A stretch of 64,000 nt of DNA from the human T2T-CHM13v2.0 reference genome, Homo sapiens, in the NCBI RefSeq assembly GCF_009914755.1, contig NC_060948.1. One strand, given 5' to 3'. A program made the translations under genes and the position numbers. Of this stretch, positions 42,401 to 58,300 are shown in pieces. The stretch's first letter is position 1. Every line of letters begins with the position of its first letter. A model generated the notes under the pieces. That model worked only from the letters and a program-made list of their open reading frames with translations. It searched no databases and was not told the origin of the DNA.

Positions 42401-45400
42401 TCGAAAAAAATGGAATCGAATGGAATGCAATTGAATGGAACGGAATAGAGTCGAATGGAATTGAATGGAATGGAATGGACTAGAGTGAAATGGAATCGAA
42501 CCACAAGGAATGGACAGGAATAGAATGGTCTCGAATTGAATGGAATCGTATGGAATGGCATCAAACGGAATGGAATGGACAGCCACGGAATGGAATGCAC
42601 TCGAATGCAATGGAGTCGAAACTAATGGAATGGAATAGAATGGACTCGACTGGTACGGACTCCAATGGAATGGAATCGAATGGAAGGGAATCGAACGGAA
42701 TGGACTCGAAGGGAAAAGACTGCAATGGAAAGGTCTCGAATGGAATGGAAATTAATGGAATGGAATGGAATCGAATGAAATGGAGTCAAAAGGAATGGAA
42801 TCGAATGGCAAGAAATCGAATGTAATGGAATCGCAAGGAATTGATGTGAACGGAACGGAATGGAATGGAATCCAAAGGAATGGAATAGAATGGAATGGAA
42901 TCGAATGGAAAGGACTCGAATGGAAATCACTCGAATAGAATGCAATTTAATAAAATAGGATCAAATGTAATGGAATGGAATGGAAAGGAATCGAAACGAA
43001 AGGAATGAAGACAGATGGAATGGAATAGAACAGAGAGCAATGGTATAGAATGGAATGGAATCATCTGGAATGGAATTGAATGGAATGGAATAATATGAAA
43101 TGGAATGGAATGGAATGGAATGGAATGCCCTTGAATTAAATGGACTGGAATGGAATGGACTCGAACAGAGTGGAATGGAAAGTGTTGAGATAGAATGGAA
43201 TGGACTCCTTTGGAATGGTGTAGTATGCAATGCAATCGACTGGCATGGAATCAAAAGGAATGTAATGGAATGGATTGGACTGGAATGCAATGGACTCGAA
43301 TAGATTGCAAACGGAATGCAAAGGAATGGAATGGAATAGTATGGAATGGAATGGAAAGGAATGGAGTGGAATAGACTAGAGTGGAATGCAATGGACTGGA
43401 AAGCAATGGACTGGAATGGAACTTTCTTGAATGGACTGGAATCAAACGGAATGGAATGCAATGCAATCAAATGGCATGGAATAAAATAGAATGAAAGAGA
43501 ATCAAATGGAATTGAATCGAATGGAATCGAATGGATTGGAAAGGAATAGAATGGAATGGAATGGAATGGACTCAAATGGAATGGACTAGAATGGAATTGA
43601 TTCGAATGGAAGGCAAAGGAATGGAATCTATTGGAATGGACTGTAATGGAATGGAATGGAAGGGATTGGAATGGACTCGAATGGAATGGACTGCAATAGA
43701 AAGGATTCGAATGGAATGAAAAAGAATTGAATGGAATAGAACAGAATGGAATCAAATCGAATGAAATGGAATGGAATAGAAAGGAATGGAATGAAATGGA
43801 ATGGAAAGGATTCGAATGGAATGTAATCGAATGGAATGGAATCGAACGGAATGGAATAAAATGGAAGAAAACTGGCAAGAAATGGAATCGAAATGAATGG
43901 AGTGTTATGGAACGGACTCAAAAGGAATTGAATGTAATAGAATGGAGTGGAGTGGACTCGAATATAATGGACTGGAATGGAATGAAATCACATGGAATGG
44001 GAACGAATGGAATGGAATGGAAAGGAATGGAATCGAATGGAAAGGAATCGAATGGAAGGGAATGAAATTGAATCAACAGGAATGGAAGGGAATAGAATAG
44101 ACGGTAATGGAATGGACTCGAATAGAATGGACACGAATGCTCAAATTGAATGGACTCGAATGGAATGGAAACGAAAGGAATGTCATCGAATGGAATTGAA
44201 TCGATTGGAATGAAATCGCATAGAATGGAGTGGAATCAAATGGAATTGAATCGAAAGGAAAGGAAGCGAATGGACTGAAATGAAATGGAATGGAATTGAA
44301 TGGAAAGTAATGCAATGGAATAGAATGGAACGAAATTTCACGGAATGGAATCAAACTGAATGGAATCAAATCAATGGAATATAATCAAATGGAATGGAAA
44401 GGAATTGAATGGAGTAGATTGGATTGGATGGGATTGGAATGAAATGTACTGGAAAGGACTCGAATTTCATGAAACGGCATGGAATGAATTGGAACGGAAT
44501 GGACTCGAATGGAATGGAATGTCATGGAATGGCATCAAATGGAATGGCATCAAATGGAATGGAATCGAATGCAATGGAATGCTATGGAATGGAATGGAAT
44601 GCATTGGAATGGAATGTCCTCTAATGGAATGGATTCGAGTGGAATGGAATCGAATATAATGGAGTCGAATGAAATGGAATTGAAAGGAATGGGATCGAAT
44701 ACAATGGAATATACTGGAATGTAATGTAATGAACTCGAATGTAATTGACTGGAATGGAATGTACATGAATGGAATGTAATCGAATGGAAAGTAATCCAAT
44801 GGAATAGAATCTAATGCAATAAAATCGACTCAGATAGAGTAGAATGTAATGGATTGGAGTGCAGTGCAATGCAATGGAATGGAATGGAATGCAATTGAAT
44901 GGAATGGAATGGAATGGAAAGGAATGGAATGGGATGGAATGGTATGGAATGGATAGTAATGGACTGGAGTGAAATGGACTGGAAAGGAATGGACTCAAAT
45001 TGAAAGGGCTCGAAAGGAATGGAGTCAAATGGAATGGTCTGGAATGGAATGAACACGAATGTAATGCAATCCAATAGAATGGAATCGAATGGCATGGAAT
45101 ATAAAGAAATGGAATCGGAGAGAATGGAAACAAATGGAGTGGAATTGAATGGAATGGAATTGAATGGACTGGGAACGAATGGTGTGAAATTGTATGCAGT
45201 AGAAGGGAATAGAATGGAATGCAAGCGAAAGGAAAGGAATGGATTGGAATGGAATGGAATTCATTGGAATGGAAGGGAATGTAGTGTAATGGACAGGCCT
45301 GGAATAAAGTGGAATGCTACGGTCTCGAATGGAATAAAAATGTATGGAATGGAATGCAATGAAATGGAATCGAATGTCATAGAATGTAATGGAATGCAAC

Positions 45401-48400
45401 AAAATGGAATCCAAAATCATTGACTGGAAAGGGTGGGTGTCGAAAGGAATTGACTCCAATGGAATGGAATCGAATGGAATGGAAGTGAATAGAATCGAAC
45501 TAAATCGAATGGAATGGAATTGATAGGAACGGAATGGAAAGGAATGCAATGATTTGGCATGGAATGGAATCGAATGGCATCGAATGGAATGGAATGGAAT
45601 GCAATGGAATGGAATGTATTAGAATGTAATGAACTTTAATGGAATGTACTCGAATGGATTCGACTGGAATGGAATGTTCTGGAAGTGAATGGACTCCAAT
45701 GGAATGGATTCAAAAGGAATGGAATCGTACGGAATGGAATCTAATGGAATGGAATTAAATGGAAATGAATCAAATTGAATAGCACGCAATTGAATTGAAT
45801 GGAATGGAATGCAATGGAATCTAATGAAACGGAAAGGAAAGGAATGGAATGGAATGGAATGGGCTGGAATGGAAAGGAATCGAAACGAATGGAATGGAAT
45901 CGAACTGAAGAGACTGGAATGGAATGCACTGGAATGGAAGGGAGTGTAATGGAAGGTTCTCGAAAAAAATGGAATCGAATGGAATGGAATTGAATGGAAC
46001 GGAATAGAGTCGAATGGAATTGAATGGAATGGAATGGACTAGAGTGAAATGGAATCGAACCACAAGGAATGGACAGGAATAGAATGGTCTCGAATTGAAT
46101 GGAATCGTATGGAATGGCATCAAACGGAATGGAATGGACAGCCACGGAATGGAATGCACTCGAATGCAATGGAGTCGAAACTAATGGACTGGAATAGAAT
46201 GGACTCGACTGGTACGGACTCCAATGGAATGGAATCGAATGGAAGGGAATCGAACGGAATGGACTCGAAGGGAAAAGACTGCAATGGAAAGGTCTCGAAT
46301 GGAATGGAAATTAATGGAATGGAATGGAATCGAATGAAATGGAGTCAAAAGGAATGGAATCGAATGGCAAGAAATCGAATGTAATGGAATCGCAAGGAAT
46401 TGATGTGAACGGAACGGAATGGAATGGAATCCAAAGGAATGGAATAGAATGGAATGGAATCGAATGGAAAGGACTCGAATGGAAATCACTCGAATAGAAT
46501 GCAATTTAATAAAATAGGATCAAATGTAATGGAATGGAATGGAAAGGAATCGAAACGAAAGGAATGGAGACAGATGGAATGGAATGGAACAGAGAGCAAT
46601 GGTATAGAATGGAATGGAATCATCTGGAATGGAATTGAATGGAATGGAATAATATGAAATGGAATGGAATGGAATGGAATGGAATGCCCTTGAATTAAAT
46701 GGACTGGAATGGAATGGACTCGAACAGAGTGGAATGGAAAGTGTTGAGATAGAATGGAATGGACTCCTTTGGAATGGTGTAGTATGCAATGCAATCGACT
46801 GGCAGGGAATCAAAAGGAATGTAATCGAATGGATTGGACTGGAATGCAATGGACTCGAATAGATTGGAAACGGAATGCAAAGGAATGGAATGGAATAGTA
46901 TGGAATGGAATGGAAAGGAATGGAGTGGAATAGACTAGAGTGGAATGGAATGGACTGGAAAGCAATGGACTGGAATGGAACTTTCTTGAATGGACTGGAA
47001 TCAAACGGAATGGAATGCAATGCAATCAAATGGCATGCAATAAAATAGAATGAAAGAGAATCAAATGGAATTGAATCGAATGGAATCGAATGGATTGGAA
47101 AGGAATAGAATGGAATGGAATGGAATGGACTCAAATGGAATGGACTAGAATGGAATGGATTCGAATGGAAGGCAAAGGAATGGAATCTATTGGAATGGAC
47201 TGTAATGGAATGGAATGGAAGGGATTGGAATGGACTCGAATGGAATGGACTGCAATAGAAAGGATTCGAATGGAATGAAAAAGAATTGAATGGAATAGAA
47301 CAGAATGGAATCAAATCGAATGAAATGGAATGGAATAGAAAGGAATGGAATGAAATGGAATGGAAAGGATTCGAATGGAATGCAATCGAATGGAATGGAA
47401 TCGAACGGAATGGAATAAAATGGAAGAAAACTGGCAAGAAATGGAATCGAAATGAATGGAGTGTTATGGAACGGACTCAAAAGGAATTGAATGTAATAGA
47501 ATGGAGTGGAGTGGACTCGAATATAATGGACTGGAATGGAATGAAATCACATGGAATGGGAACGAATGGAATGGAATGGAAAGGAATGGAATCGAATGGA
47601 AAGGAATCGAATGGAAGGGAATGAAATTGAATCAACAGGAATGGAAGGGAATAGAATAGACGGTAATGGAATGGACTCGAATAGAATGGACACGAATGCT
47701 CAAATTGAATGGACTCGAATGGAATGGAAACGAAAGGAATGTCATCGAATGGAATTGAATCGATTGGAATGAAATCGCATAGAATGGAGTGGAATCAAAT
47801 GGAATTGAATCGAAAGGAAAGGAAGCGAATGGACTGAAATGAAATGGAATGGAATTGAATGGAAAGTAATGCAATGGAATAGAATGGAACGAAATTTCAC
47901 GGAATGGAATCAAACTGAATGGAATCAAATCAATGGAATCAAATCAAATGGAATGGAAAGGAATTGAATAGAGTAGATTGGATTGGATGGGATTGGAATG
48001 AAATGTACTGGAAAGGACTCGAATTTCATGAAACGGAATGGAATGAATTGGAACGGAATGGACTCGAATGGAATGGAATGTCATGGAATGGCATCAAATG
48101 GAATGGCATCAAATGGAATGGAATCGAATGCAATGGAATGCTATGGAATGGAATGGAATGCATTGGAATGGAATGTCCTCTAATGGAATGGATTCGAGTG
48201 GAATGGAATCGAATATAATGGAGTCGAATGAAATGGAATTGAAAGGAATGGGATCGAATACAATGGAATATACTGGAATGTAATGTAAAGAACTCGAATG
48301 TAATTGACTGGAATGGAATGTACATGAATGGAATGTAATCGAATGGAAAGTAATCCAATGGAATAGAATCTAATGCAATAAAACCGACTCAGATAGAGTA

Positions 48401-48893
48401 GAATGTAATGGAATGGAGTGCAGTGCAATGGAAGGGAATGGAATTGAATGCAATGGAATGGAATGGAATGGAATGGAATGGAATGGAATGGAATCGAATG
48501 GAATGGAATGGAATGGAATGGAATGGAATGGGATGGAATGGTATGGAATGGATAGTAATGGACTGGAGTGAAATGGACTGGAAAGGAATGGACTCAAATT
48601 GAAAGGGCTCGAAAGGAATGGAGTCAAATGGAATGGTCTGGAATGGAATGAACACGAAAGTAATGCAATCCAATAGAATGGAATCGAATGGCATGGAATA
48701 TAAAGAAATGGAATCGAAGAGAATGGAAACAAATGGAATGGAATTGAATGGAATGGAATTGAATGGAATGGGAACGAATGGAGTGAAATTGTATGCAGTA
48801 GAAGGGAATAGAATGTAATGTAAGCGAAAGGAAAGGAATGGATTGGAATGGAATGGAATTCATTGGAATGGAAGGGAATGTAGTGTAATGGAC

Positions 48894-50954
48894 AGGCCTG
48901 GAATAAAGTGGAATGCTACGGTCTCGAATGGAATAAAAATGTATGGAATGGAATGCAATGAAACGGAATCGAATGTCATAAAATGTAATGGAATGCAAAA
49001 AAATGGAATCCAAAATCATTGACTGGAAAGGCTGGGTGTCGAAAGGAATTGACTCCAATGGAATGGAATCGAATGGAATGGAAGTGAATAGAATCGAACT
49101 AAATCGAATGGAATGGAATTGATAGGAACGGAATGGAAAGGAATGCAATGATTTGGCATGGAATGGAATCGAATGGCATCGAATGGAATGGAATGGAATG
49201 CAATGGAATGGAATGTATTAGAATGTAATGAACTTTAATGGAATGTACTCGAATGGATTCGACTGGAATGGAATGTTCTGGAAGTGAATGGGCTCCAATG
49301 GAATGGAATCAAAAGGAATGGAATCGTACGGAATGGAATCTAATGGAATGGAATTAAATGGAAATGAATCAAATTGAATAGCACGGAATTGAATTGAATG
49401 GAATCGAATGCAATGGAATCTAATGAAACGGAAAGGAAAGGAATGGAATGGAATGGAATGGGCTGGAATGGAAAGGAATCGAAACGAATGGAATGGAATC
49501 GAACTGAAGAGACTGGAATGGAATGCACTGGAATGGAAGGGAGTGTAATGGAAGGTTCTCGAAAAAAATGGAATCCAATGGAATGGAATTGAATGGAACG
49601 GAATAGAGTCGAATGGAATTGAATGGAATGGAATGGACTAGAGTGAAATGGAATCGAACCACAAGGAATGGACAGGAATAGAATGGTCTCGAATTGAATG
49701 GGATCGTATGGAATGGCATCAAACGGAATGGAATGGACAGCCACGGAATGGAATGCACTCGAATGCAATGGAGTCGAAACTAATGGACTGGAATAGAATG
49801 GACTCGACTGGTACGGACTCCAATGGAATGGAATCGAATGGAAGGGAATCGAACGGAATGGACTCGAAGGGAAAAGACTGCAATGGAAAGGTCTCGAATG
49901 GAATGGAAATTAATGGAATGGAATGGAATCGAATGAAATGGAGTCAAAAGGAATGGAATCGAATGGCAAGAAATCGAATGTAATGGAATCGCAAGGAATT
50001 GATGTGAACGGAACGGAATGGAATGGAATCCAAAGGAATGGAATAGAATGGAATGGAATCGAATGGAAAGGACTCGAATGGAAATCACTCGAATAGAATG
50101 CAATTTAATAAAATAGGATCAAATGTAATGGAATGGAATGGAAAGGAATCGAAACGAAAGGAATGGAGACAGATGGAATGGAATGGAACAGAGAGCAATG
50201 GTATAGAATGGAATGGAATCATCTGGAATGGAATTGAATGGAATGGAATAATATGAAATGGAATGGAATGGAATGGAATGGAATGCCCTTGAATTAAATG
50301 GACTGGAATGGAATGGACTCGAACAGAGTGGAATGGAAAGTGTTGAGATAGAATGGAATGGACTCCTTTGGAATGGTCTAGTATGCAATGCAATCGACTG
50401 GCAGGGAATCAAAAGGAATGTAATCGAATGGATTGTACTGGAATGCAATGGACAGGAATAGATTGGAAACGGAATGCAAAGGAATGGAATGGAATAGTAT
50501 GGAATGGAATGGAAAGGAATAGAGTGGAATAGACTAGAGTGGAATGCAATGGACTGGAAAGCAATGGACTGGAATGGAACTTTCTTGAATGGACTGGAAT
50601 CAAACGGAATGGAATGCAATGCAATCAAATGGCATGGAATAAAATAGAATGAAAGAGAATCAAATGGAATCGAATCGAATGGAATCGAATGGATTGGAAA
50701 GGAATAGAATGGAATGGAATGGAATTCACTCAAATGGAATGGACTAGAATGGAATGGATTCGAATGGAAGGCAAAGGAATGGAATCTATTGGAATGGACT
50801 GTAATGGAATGGAATGGAATTGAATGGAATGGGAACGAATGGAGTGAAATTGTATGCAGTAGAAGGGAATAGAATGGAATGCAAGCAAAAGGAAAGGAAT
50901 GGATTGGAATGGAATGGAATTCATTGGAATGGAAGGGAATGTAGTGTAATGGAC
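48894..50954 (+). repeat. Truncated macro-unit (2061 bp) with the same internal deletion, copy 2
   Basis: Same junction at 50797-50840, same length, and the same linked variants (ggaattcactc, gacaggaatagatt). Confidence 0.95.
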
Positions 50955-52320
50955 AGGCCTGGAATAAAGTGGAATGCTACGGTCTCGAATGGAATAAAAA
51001 TGTATGGAATGGAATGCAATGAAATGGAATCGAATGTCATAGAATGTAATGGAATGCAACAAAATGGAATCCAATATCATTGACTGGAAAGGGTGGGTGT
51101 TGAAAGGAATTGACTCCAATGGAATGGAATCGAATGGAATGGAAGTGAATAGAATCGAACTAAATCGAATGGAATGGAATTGATAGGAACGGAATGGAAA
51201 GGAATGCAATGATTTGGCATGGAATGGAATCGAATGGCATCGAATGGAATGGAATGGAATGCAATGGAATGGAATGTATTAGAATGTAATGAACTTTAAT
51301 GGAATGTACTCGAATGGATTCGACTGGAATGGAATGTTCTGGAAGTGAATGGACTCCAATGGAATGGATTCAAAAGGAATGGAATCGTACGGAATGGAAT
51401 CTAATGGAATGGAATTAAATGGAAATGAATCAAATTGAATAGCACGGAATTGAATTGAATGGAATGGAATGCAATGGAATCTAATGAAACGGAAAGGAAA
51501 GGAATGGAATGGAATGGAATGGGCTGGAATGGAAAGGAATCGAAACGAATGGAATGGAATCGAACTGAAGAGACTGGAATGGAATGCACTGGAATGGAAG
51601 GGAGTGTAATGGAAGGTTCTCGAAAAAAATGGAATCGAATGGAATGGAATTGAATGGAACGGAATAGAGTCGAATGGAATTGAATGGAATGGAATGGACT
51701 AGAGTGAAATGGAATCGAACCACAAGGAATGGACAGGAATAGAATGGTCTCGAATTGAATGGAATCGTATGGAATGGCATCAAACGGAATGGAATGGACA
51801 GCCACGGAATGGAATGCACTCGAATGCAATGGAGTCGAAACTAATGGACTGGAATAGAATGGACTCGACTGGTACGGACTCCAATGGAATGGAATCGAAT
51901 GGAAGGGAATCGAACGGAATGGACTCGAAGGGAAAAGACTGCAATGGAAAGGTCTCGAATGGAATGGAAATTAATGGAATCGAATGGAATCGAATGAAAT
52001 GGAGTCAAAAGGAATGGAATCGAATGGCAAGAAATCGAATGTAATGGAATCGCAAGGAATTGATGTGAACGGAACGGAATGGAATGGAATCCAAAGGAAT
52101 GGAATAGAATGGAATGGAATCGAATGGAAAGGACTCGAATGGAAATCACTCGAATAGAATGCAATTTAATAAAATAGGATCAAATGTAATGGAATGGAAT
52201 GGAAAGGAATCGAAACGAAAGGAATGGAGACAGATGGAATGGAATGGAACAGAGAGCAATGGTATAGAATGGAATGGAATCATCTGGAATGGAATTGAAT
52301 GGAATGGAATAATATGAAAT

Positions 52321-52365
52321 GGAATGGAATGGAATGGAATGGAATGGAATGGAATGGAATGGAAT
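52321..52365 (+). repeat. Expanded pure (GGAAT)9 tract before gcccttg
   Basis: Counted directly. Most units have 5 copies here. Confidence 0.85.
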
Positions 52366-55300
52366 GCCCTTGAATTAAATGGACTGGAATGGAATGGACT
52401 CGAACAGAGTGGAATGGAAAGTGTTGAGATAGAATGGAATGGACTCCTTTGGAATGGTCTAGTATGCAATGCAATCGACTGGCAGGGAATCAAGAGGAAT
52501 GTAATCGAATGGATTGGACTGGAATGCAATGGACTCTAATAGATTGCAAACGGGATGCAAAGGAATGGAATGGAATAGTATGGAATGGAATGGAAAGGAA
52601 TGGAGTGGAATAGACTAGAGTGGAATGGAATGGACTGGAAAGCAATGGACTGGAATGGAACTTTCTTGAATGGACTGGAATCAAACGGAATGGAATGCAA
52701 TGCAATCAAATGGCATGGAATAAAATAGAATGAAAGAGAATCAAATGGAATTGAATCGAATGGAATCGAATGGATTGGAAAGGAATAGAATGGAATGGAA
52801 TGGAATGGACTCAAATGGAATGGACTAGAATGGAATGGATTCGAATGGAAGGCAAAGGAATGGAATCTATTGGAATGGACTGTAATGGAATGGAATGGAA
52901 GGGATTGGAATGGACTCGAATGGAATGGACTGCAATAGAAAGGATTCGAATGGAATGAAAAAGAATTGAATGGAATAGAACAGAATGGAATCAAATCGAA
53001 TGAAATGGAATGGAATAGAAAGGAATGGAATGAAATGGAATGGAAAGGATTCGAATGGAATGCAATCGAATGGAATGGAATCGAACGGAATGGAATAAAA
53101 TGGAAGAAAACTGGCAAGAAATGGAATCGAAATGAATGGAGTGTTATGGAACGGACTCAAAAGGAATTGAATGTAATAGAATGGAGTGGAGTGGACTCGA
53201 ATATAATGGACTGGAATGGAATGAAATCACATGGAATGGGAACGAATGGAATGGAATGGAAAGGAATGGAATCGAATGGAAAGGAATCGAATGGAAGGGA
53301 ATGAAATTGAATCAACAGGAATGGAAGGGAATAGAATAGACGGTAATGGAATGGACTCGAATAGAATGGACACGAATGCTCAAATTGAATGGACTCGAAT
53401 GGAATGGAAACGAAAGGAATGTCATCGAATGGAATTGAATCGATTGCAATGAAATCGCATAGAATGTAGTGGAATCAAATGGAATTGAATCGAAAGGAAA
53501 GGAAGCGAATGGACTGAAATGAAATGGAATGGAATTGAATGGAAAGTAATGCAATGGAATAGAATGGAACGAAATTTCACGGAATGGAATCAAACTGAAT
53601 GGAATCAAATCAATGGAATCTAATCAAATGGAATGGAAAGGGATTGAATGGAGTAGATTGGATTGGATGGGATTGGAATGAAATGTACTGGAAAGGACTC
53701 GAATTTCATGAAACGGAATGGAATGAATTGGAACGGAATGGACTCGAATGGAATGGAATGTCATGGAATGGCATCAAATGGAATGGCATCAAATGGAATG
53801 GAATCGAATGCAATGGAATGCTATGGAATGGAATGGAATGCATTGGAATGGAATGTCCTCTAATGGAATGGATTCGAGTGGAATGGAATCGAATATAATG
53901 GAGTCGAATGAAATGGAATTGAAAGGAATGGGATCGAATACAATGGAATATACTGGAATGTAATGTAATGAACTCGAATGTAATTGACTGGAATGGAATG
54001 TATATGAATGGAATGTAATCGAATGGAAAGTAATCCAATGGAATAGAATCTAATGCAATAAAATCGACTCAGATAGAGTAGCATGTAATGGAATGGAGTG
54101 CAGTGCAATGGAATGGAATGCAATGGAATGGAATGGAATGGAATGGAATGGAATGGAATGGAATGGGATGGGATGGAATGGTATGGAATGGATAGTAATG
54201 GACTGGAGTGAAATGGACTGGAAAGGAATGGACTCAAATTGAAAGGGCTCGAAAGGAATGGAGTCAAATGGAATGGTCTGGAATGGAATGAACACGAATG
54301 TAATGCAATCCAATAGAATGGAATCGAATGGCATGGAATATAAAGAAATGGAATCGGAGAGAATGGAAACAAATGGAATGGAATTGAATGGAATGGAATT
54401 GAATGGAATGGGAACGAATGGAGTGAAATTGTATGCAGTAGAAGGGAATAGAATGGAATGCAAGCAAAAGGAAAGGAATGGATTGGAATGGAATGGAATT
54501 CATTGGAATGGAAGGGAATGTAGTGTAATGGACAGGCCTGGAATAAAGTGGAATGCTACGGTCTCGAATGGAATAAAAATGTATGGAATGGAATGCAATG
54601 AAATGGAATCGAATGTCATAGAATGTAATGGAATGCAACAAAATGGAATCCAATATCATTGACTGGAAAGGCTGGGTGTCGAAAGGAATTGACTCCAATG
54701 GAATGGAATCGAATGGAATGGAAGTGAATAGAATCGAACTAAATCGAATGGAATGGAATTGATAGGAACGGAATGGAAAGGAATGCAATGATTTGGCATG
54801 GAATGGAATCGAATGGCATCGAATGGAATGGAATGGAATGCAATGGAATGGAATGTATTAGAATGGAATGAACTTTAATGGAATGTACTCGAATGGATTC
54901 GACTGGAATGGAATGTTCTGGAAGTGAATGGACTCCAATGGAATGGATTCCAAAGGAATGGAATCGTACGGAATGGAATCTAATGGAATGGAATTAAATG
55001 GAAATGAATCAAATTGAATAGCACGGAATTGAATTGAATGGAATGGAATGCAATGGAATCTAATGAAACGGAAAGGAAAGGAATGGAATGGAATGGAATG
55101 GGCTGGAATGGAAAGGAATCGAAACAAATGGAATGGAATCGAACTGAAGAGACTGGAATGGAATGCACTGGAATGGAAGGGAGTGTAATGGAAGGTTCTC
55201 GAAAAAAATGGAATCGAATGGAATGGAATTGAATGGAACGGAATAGAGTCGAATGGAATTGAATGGAATGGAATGGACTAGAGTGAAATGGAATCGAACC

Positions 55301-58300
55301 ACAAGGAATGGACAGGAATAGAATGGTCTCGAATTGAATGGAATCGTATGGAATGGCATCAAACGGAATGGAATGGACAGCCACGGAATGGAATGCACTC
55401 GAATGCAATGGAGTCGAAACTAATGGACTGGAATAGAATGGACTCGACTGGTACGGACTCCAATGGAATGGAATCGAATGGAAGGGAATCGAACGGAATG
55501 GACTCGAAGGGAAAAGACTGCAATGGAAAGGTCTCGAATGGAATGGAAATTAATGGAATGGAATGGAATCGAATGAAATGGAGTCAAAAGGAATGGAATC
55601 GAATGGCAAGAAATCGAATGTAATGGAATCGCAAGGAATTGATGTGAACGGAACGGAATGGAATGGAATCCAAAGGAATGGAATAGAATGGAATGGAATC
55701 GAATGGAAAGGACTCGAATGGCAATCACTCGAATAGAATGCAATTTAATAAAATAGGATCAAATGTAATGGAATGGAATGGAAAGGAATCGAAACGAAAG
55801 GAATGGAGACAGATGGAATGGAATGGAACAGAGAGCAATGGTATAGAATGGAATGGAATCATCTGGAATGGAATTGAATGGAATGGAATAATATGAAATG
55901 GAATGGAATGGAATGGAATGGAATGCCCTTGAATTAAATGGACTGGAATGGAATGGACTCGAACAGAGTGGAATGGAAAGTGTTGAGATAGAATGGAATG
56001 GACTCGTTTGGAATGGTCTAGTATGCAATGCAATCGACTGGCAGGGAATCAAAAGGAATGTAATCGAATGGATTGGACTGGAATGCAATGGACTCGAATA
56101 GATTGGAAACGGGATGCAAAGGAATGGAATGGAATAGTATGGAATGGAATGGAAAGGAATGGAGTGGAATAGACTAGAGTGGAATGGAATGGACTGGAAA
56201 GCAATGGACTGGAATGGAACTTTCTTGAATGGACTGGAATCAAACGGAATGGAATGCAATGCAATCAAATGGCATGGAATAAAATAGAATGAAAGAGAAT
56301 CAAATGGAATTGAATCGAATGGAATCGAATGGATTGGAAAGGAATAGAATGGAATGGAATGGAATGGACTCAAATGTAATGGACTAGAATGGAATGGATT
56401 CGAATGGAAGGCAAAGGAATGGAATCTATTGGAATGGACTGTAATGGAATGGAATGGAAGGGATTGGAATGGACTCGAATGGAATGGACTGCAATAGAAA
56501 GGATTCGAATGGAATGAAAAAGAATTGAATGGAATAGAACAGAATGGAATCAAATCGAATGAAATGGAATGGAATAGAAAGGAATGGAATGAAATGGAAT
56601 GGAAAGGATTCGAATGGAATGCAATCGAATGGAATGGAATCGAACGGAATGGAATAAAATGGAAGAAAACAGGCAAGAAATGGAATCGAAATGAATGGAG
56701 TGTTATGGAACGGACTCAAAAGGAATTGAATGTAATAGAATGGAGTGGAGTGGACTCGAATATAATGGACTGGAATGGAATGAAATCACATGGAATGGGA
56801 ACGAATGGAATGGAATGGAAAGGAATGGAATCGAATGGAAAGGAATCGAATGGAAGGGAATGAAATTGAATCAACAGGAATGGAAGGGAATAGAATAGAC
56901 GGTAATGGAATGGACTCGAATAGAATGGACACGAATGCTCAAATTGAATGGACTCGAATGGAATGGAAACGAAAGGAATGTCATCGAATGGAATTGAATC
57001 GATTGCAATGAAATCGCATAGAATGGAGTGGAATCAAATGGAATTGAATCGAAAGGAAAGGAAGCGAATGGACTGAAATGAAATGGAATGGAATTGAATG
57101 GAAAGTAATGCAATGGAATAGAATGGAACGAAATTTCACGGAATGGAATCAAACTGAATGGAATCAAATCAATGGAATCTAATCAAATGGAATGGAAAGG
57201 AATTGAATGGAGTAGATTGGATTGGATGGGATTGGAATGAAATGTACTGGAAAGGACTCGAATTTCATGAAACGGAATGGAATGAATTGGAACGGAATGG
57301 ACTCGAATGGAATGGAATGTCATGGAATGGCATCAAATGGAATGGCATCAAATAGAATGGAATCGAATGCAATGGAATGCTATGGAATGGAATGGAATGC
57401 ATTGGAATGGAATGTCCTCTAATGGAATGGATTCGAGTGGAATGGAATCGAATATAATGGAGTCGAATGAAATGGAATTGAAAGGAATGGGATCGAATAC
57501 AATGGAATATACTGGAATGTAATGTAATGAACTCGAATGTAATTGACTGGAATGGAATGTACATGAATGGAAGGTAATCGAATGGAAAGTAATCCAATGG
57601 AATAGAATCTAATGCAATAAAACCGACTCAGATAGAGTAGAATGTAATGGAATGGAGTGCAGTGCAATGGAATGGAATGGAATTGAATGCAATGGAATGG
57701 AATGGAATGGAATGGAATGGAATGGAATGGAATGGAACGGAATGGGATGGAATGGTATGGAATGGATAGTAATGGACTGGAGTGAAATGGACTGGAAAGG
57801 AATGGACTCAAATTGAAAGGGCTCGAAAGGAATGGAGTCAAATGGAATGGTCTGGAATGGAATGAACACGAATGTAATGCAATCCAATAGAATGGAATCG
57901 AATGGCATGGAATATAAAGAAATGGAATCGAAGAGAATGGAAACAAATGGAATGGAATTGAATGGAATGGAATTGAATGGAATGGGAACGAATGGAGTGA
58001 AATTGTATGCAGTAGAAGGGAATAGAATGGAATGCAAGCGAAAGGAAAGGAATGGATTGGAATGGAATGGAATTCATTGGAATGGAAGGGAATGTAGTGT
58101 AATGGACAGGCCTGGAATAAAGTGGAATGCTACGGTCTCGAATGGAATAAAAATGTATGGAATGGAATGCAATGAAATGGAATCGAATGTCATAGAATGT
58201 AATGGAATGCAACAAAATGGAATCCAAAATCATTGACTGGAAAGGCTGGGTGTCGAAAGGAATTGACTCCAATGGAATGGAATCGAATGGAATGGAAGTG

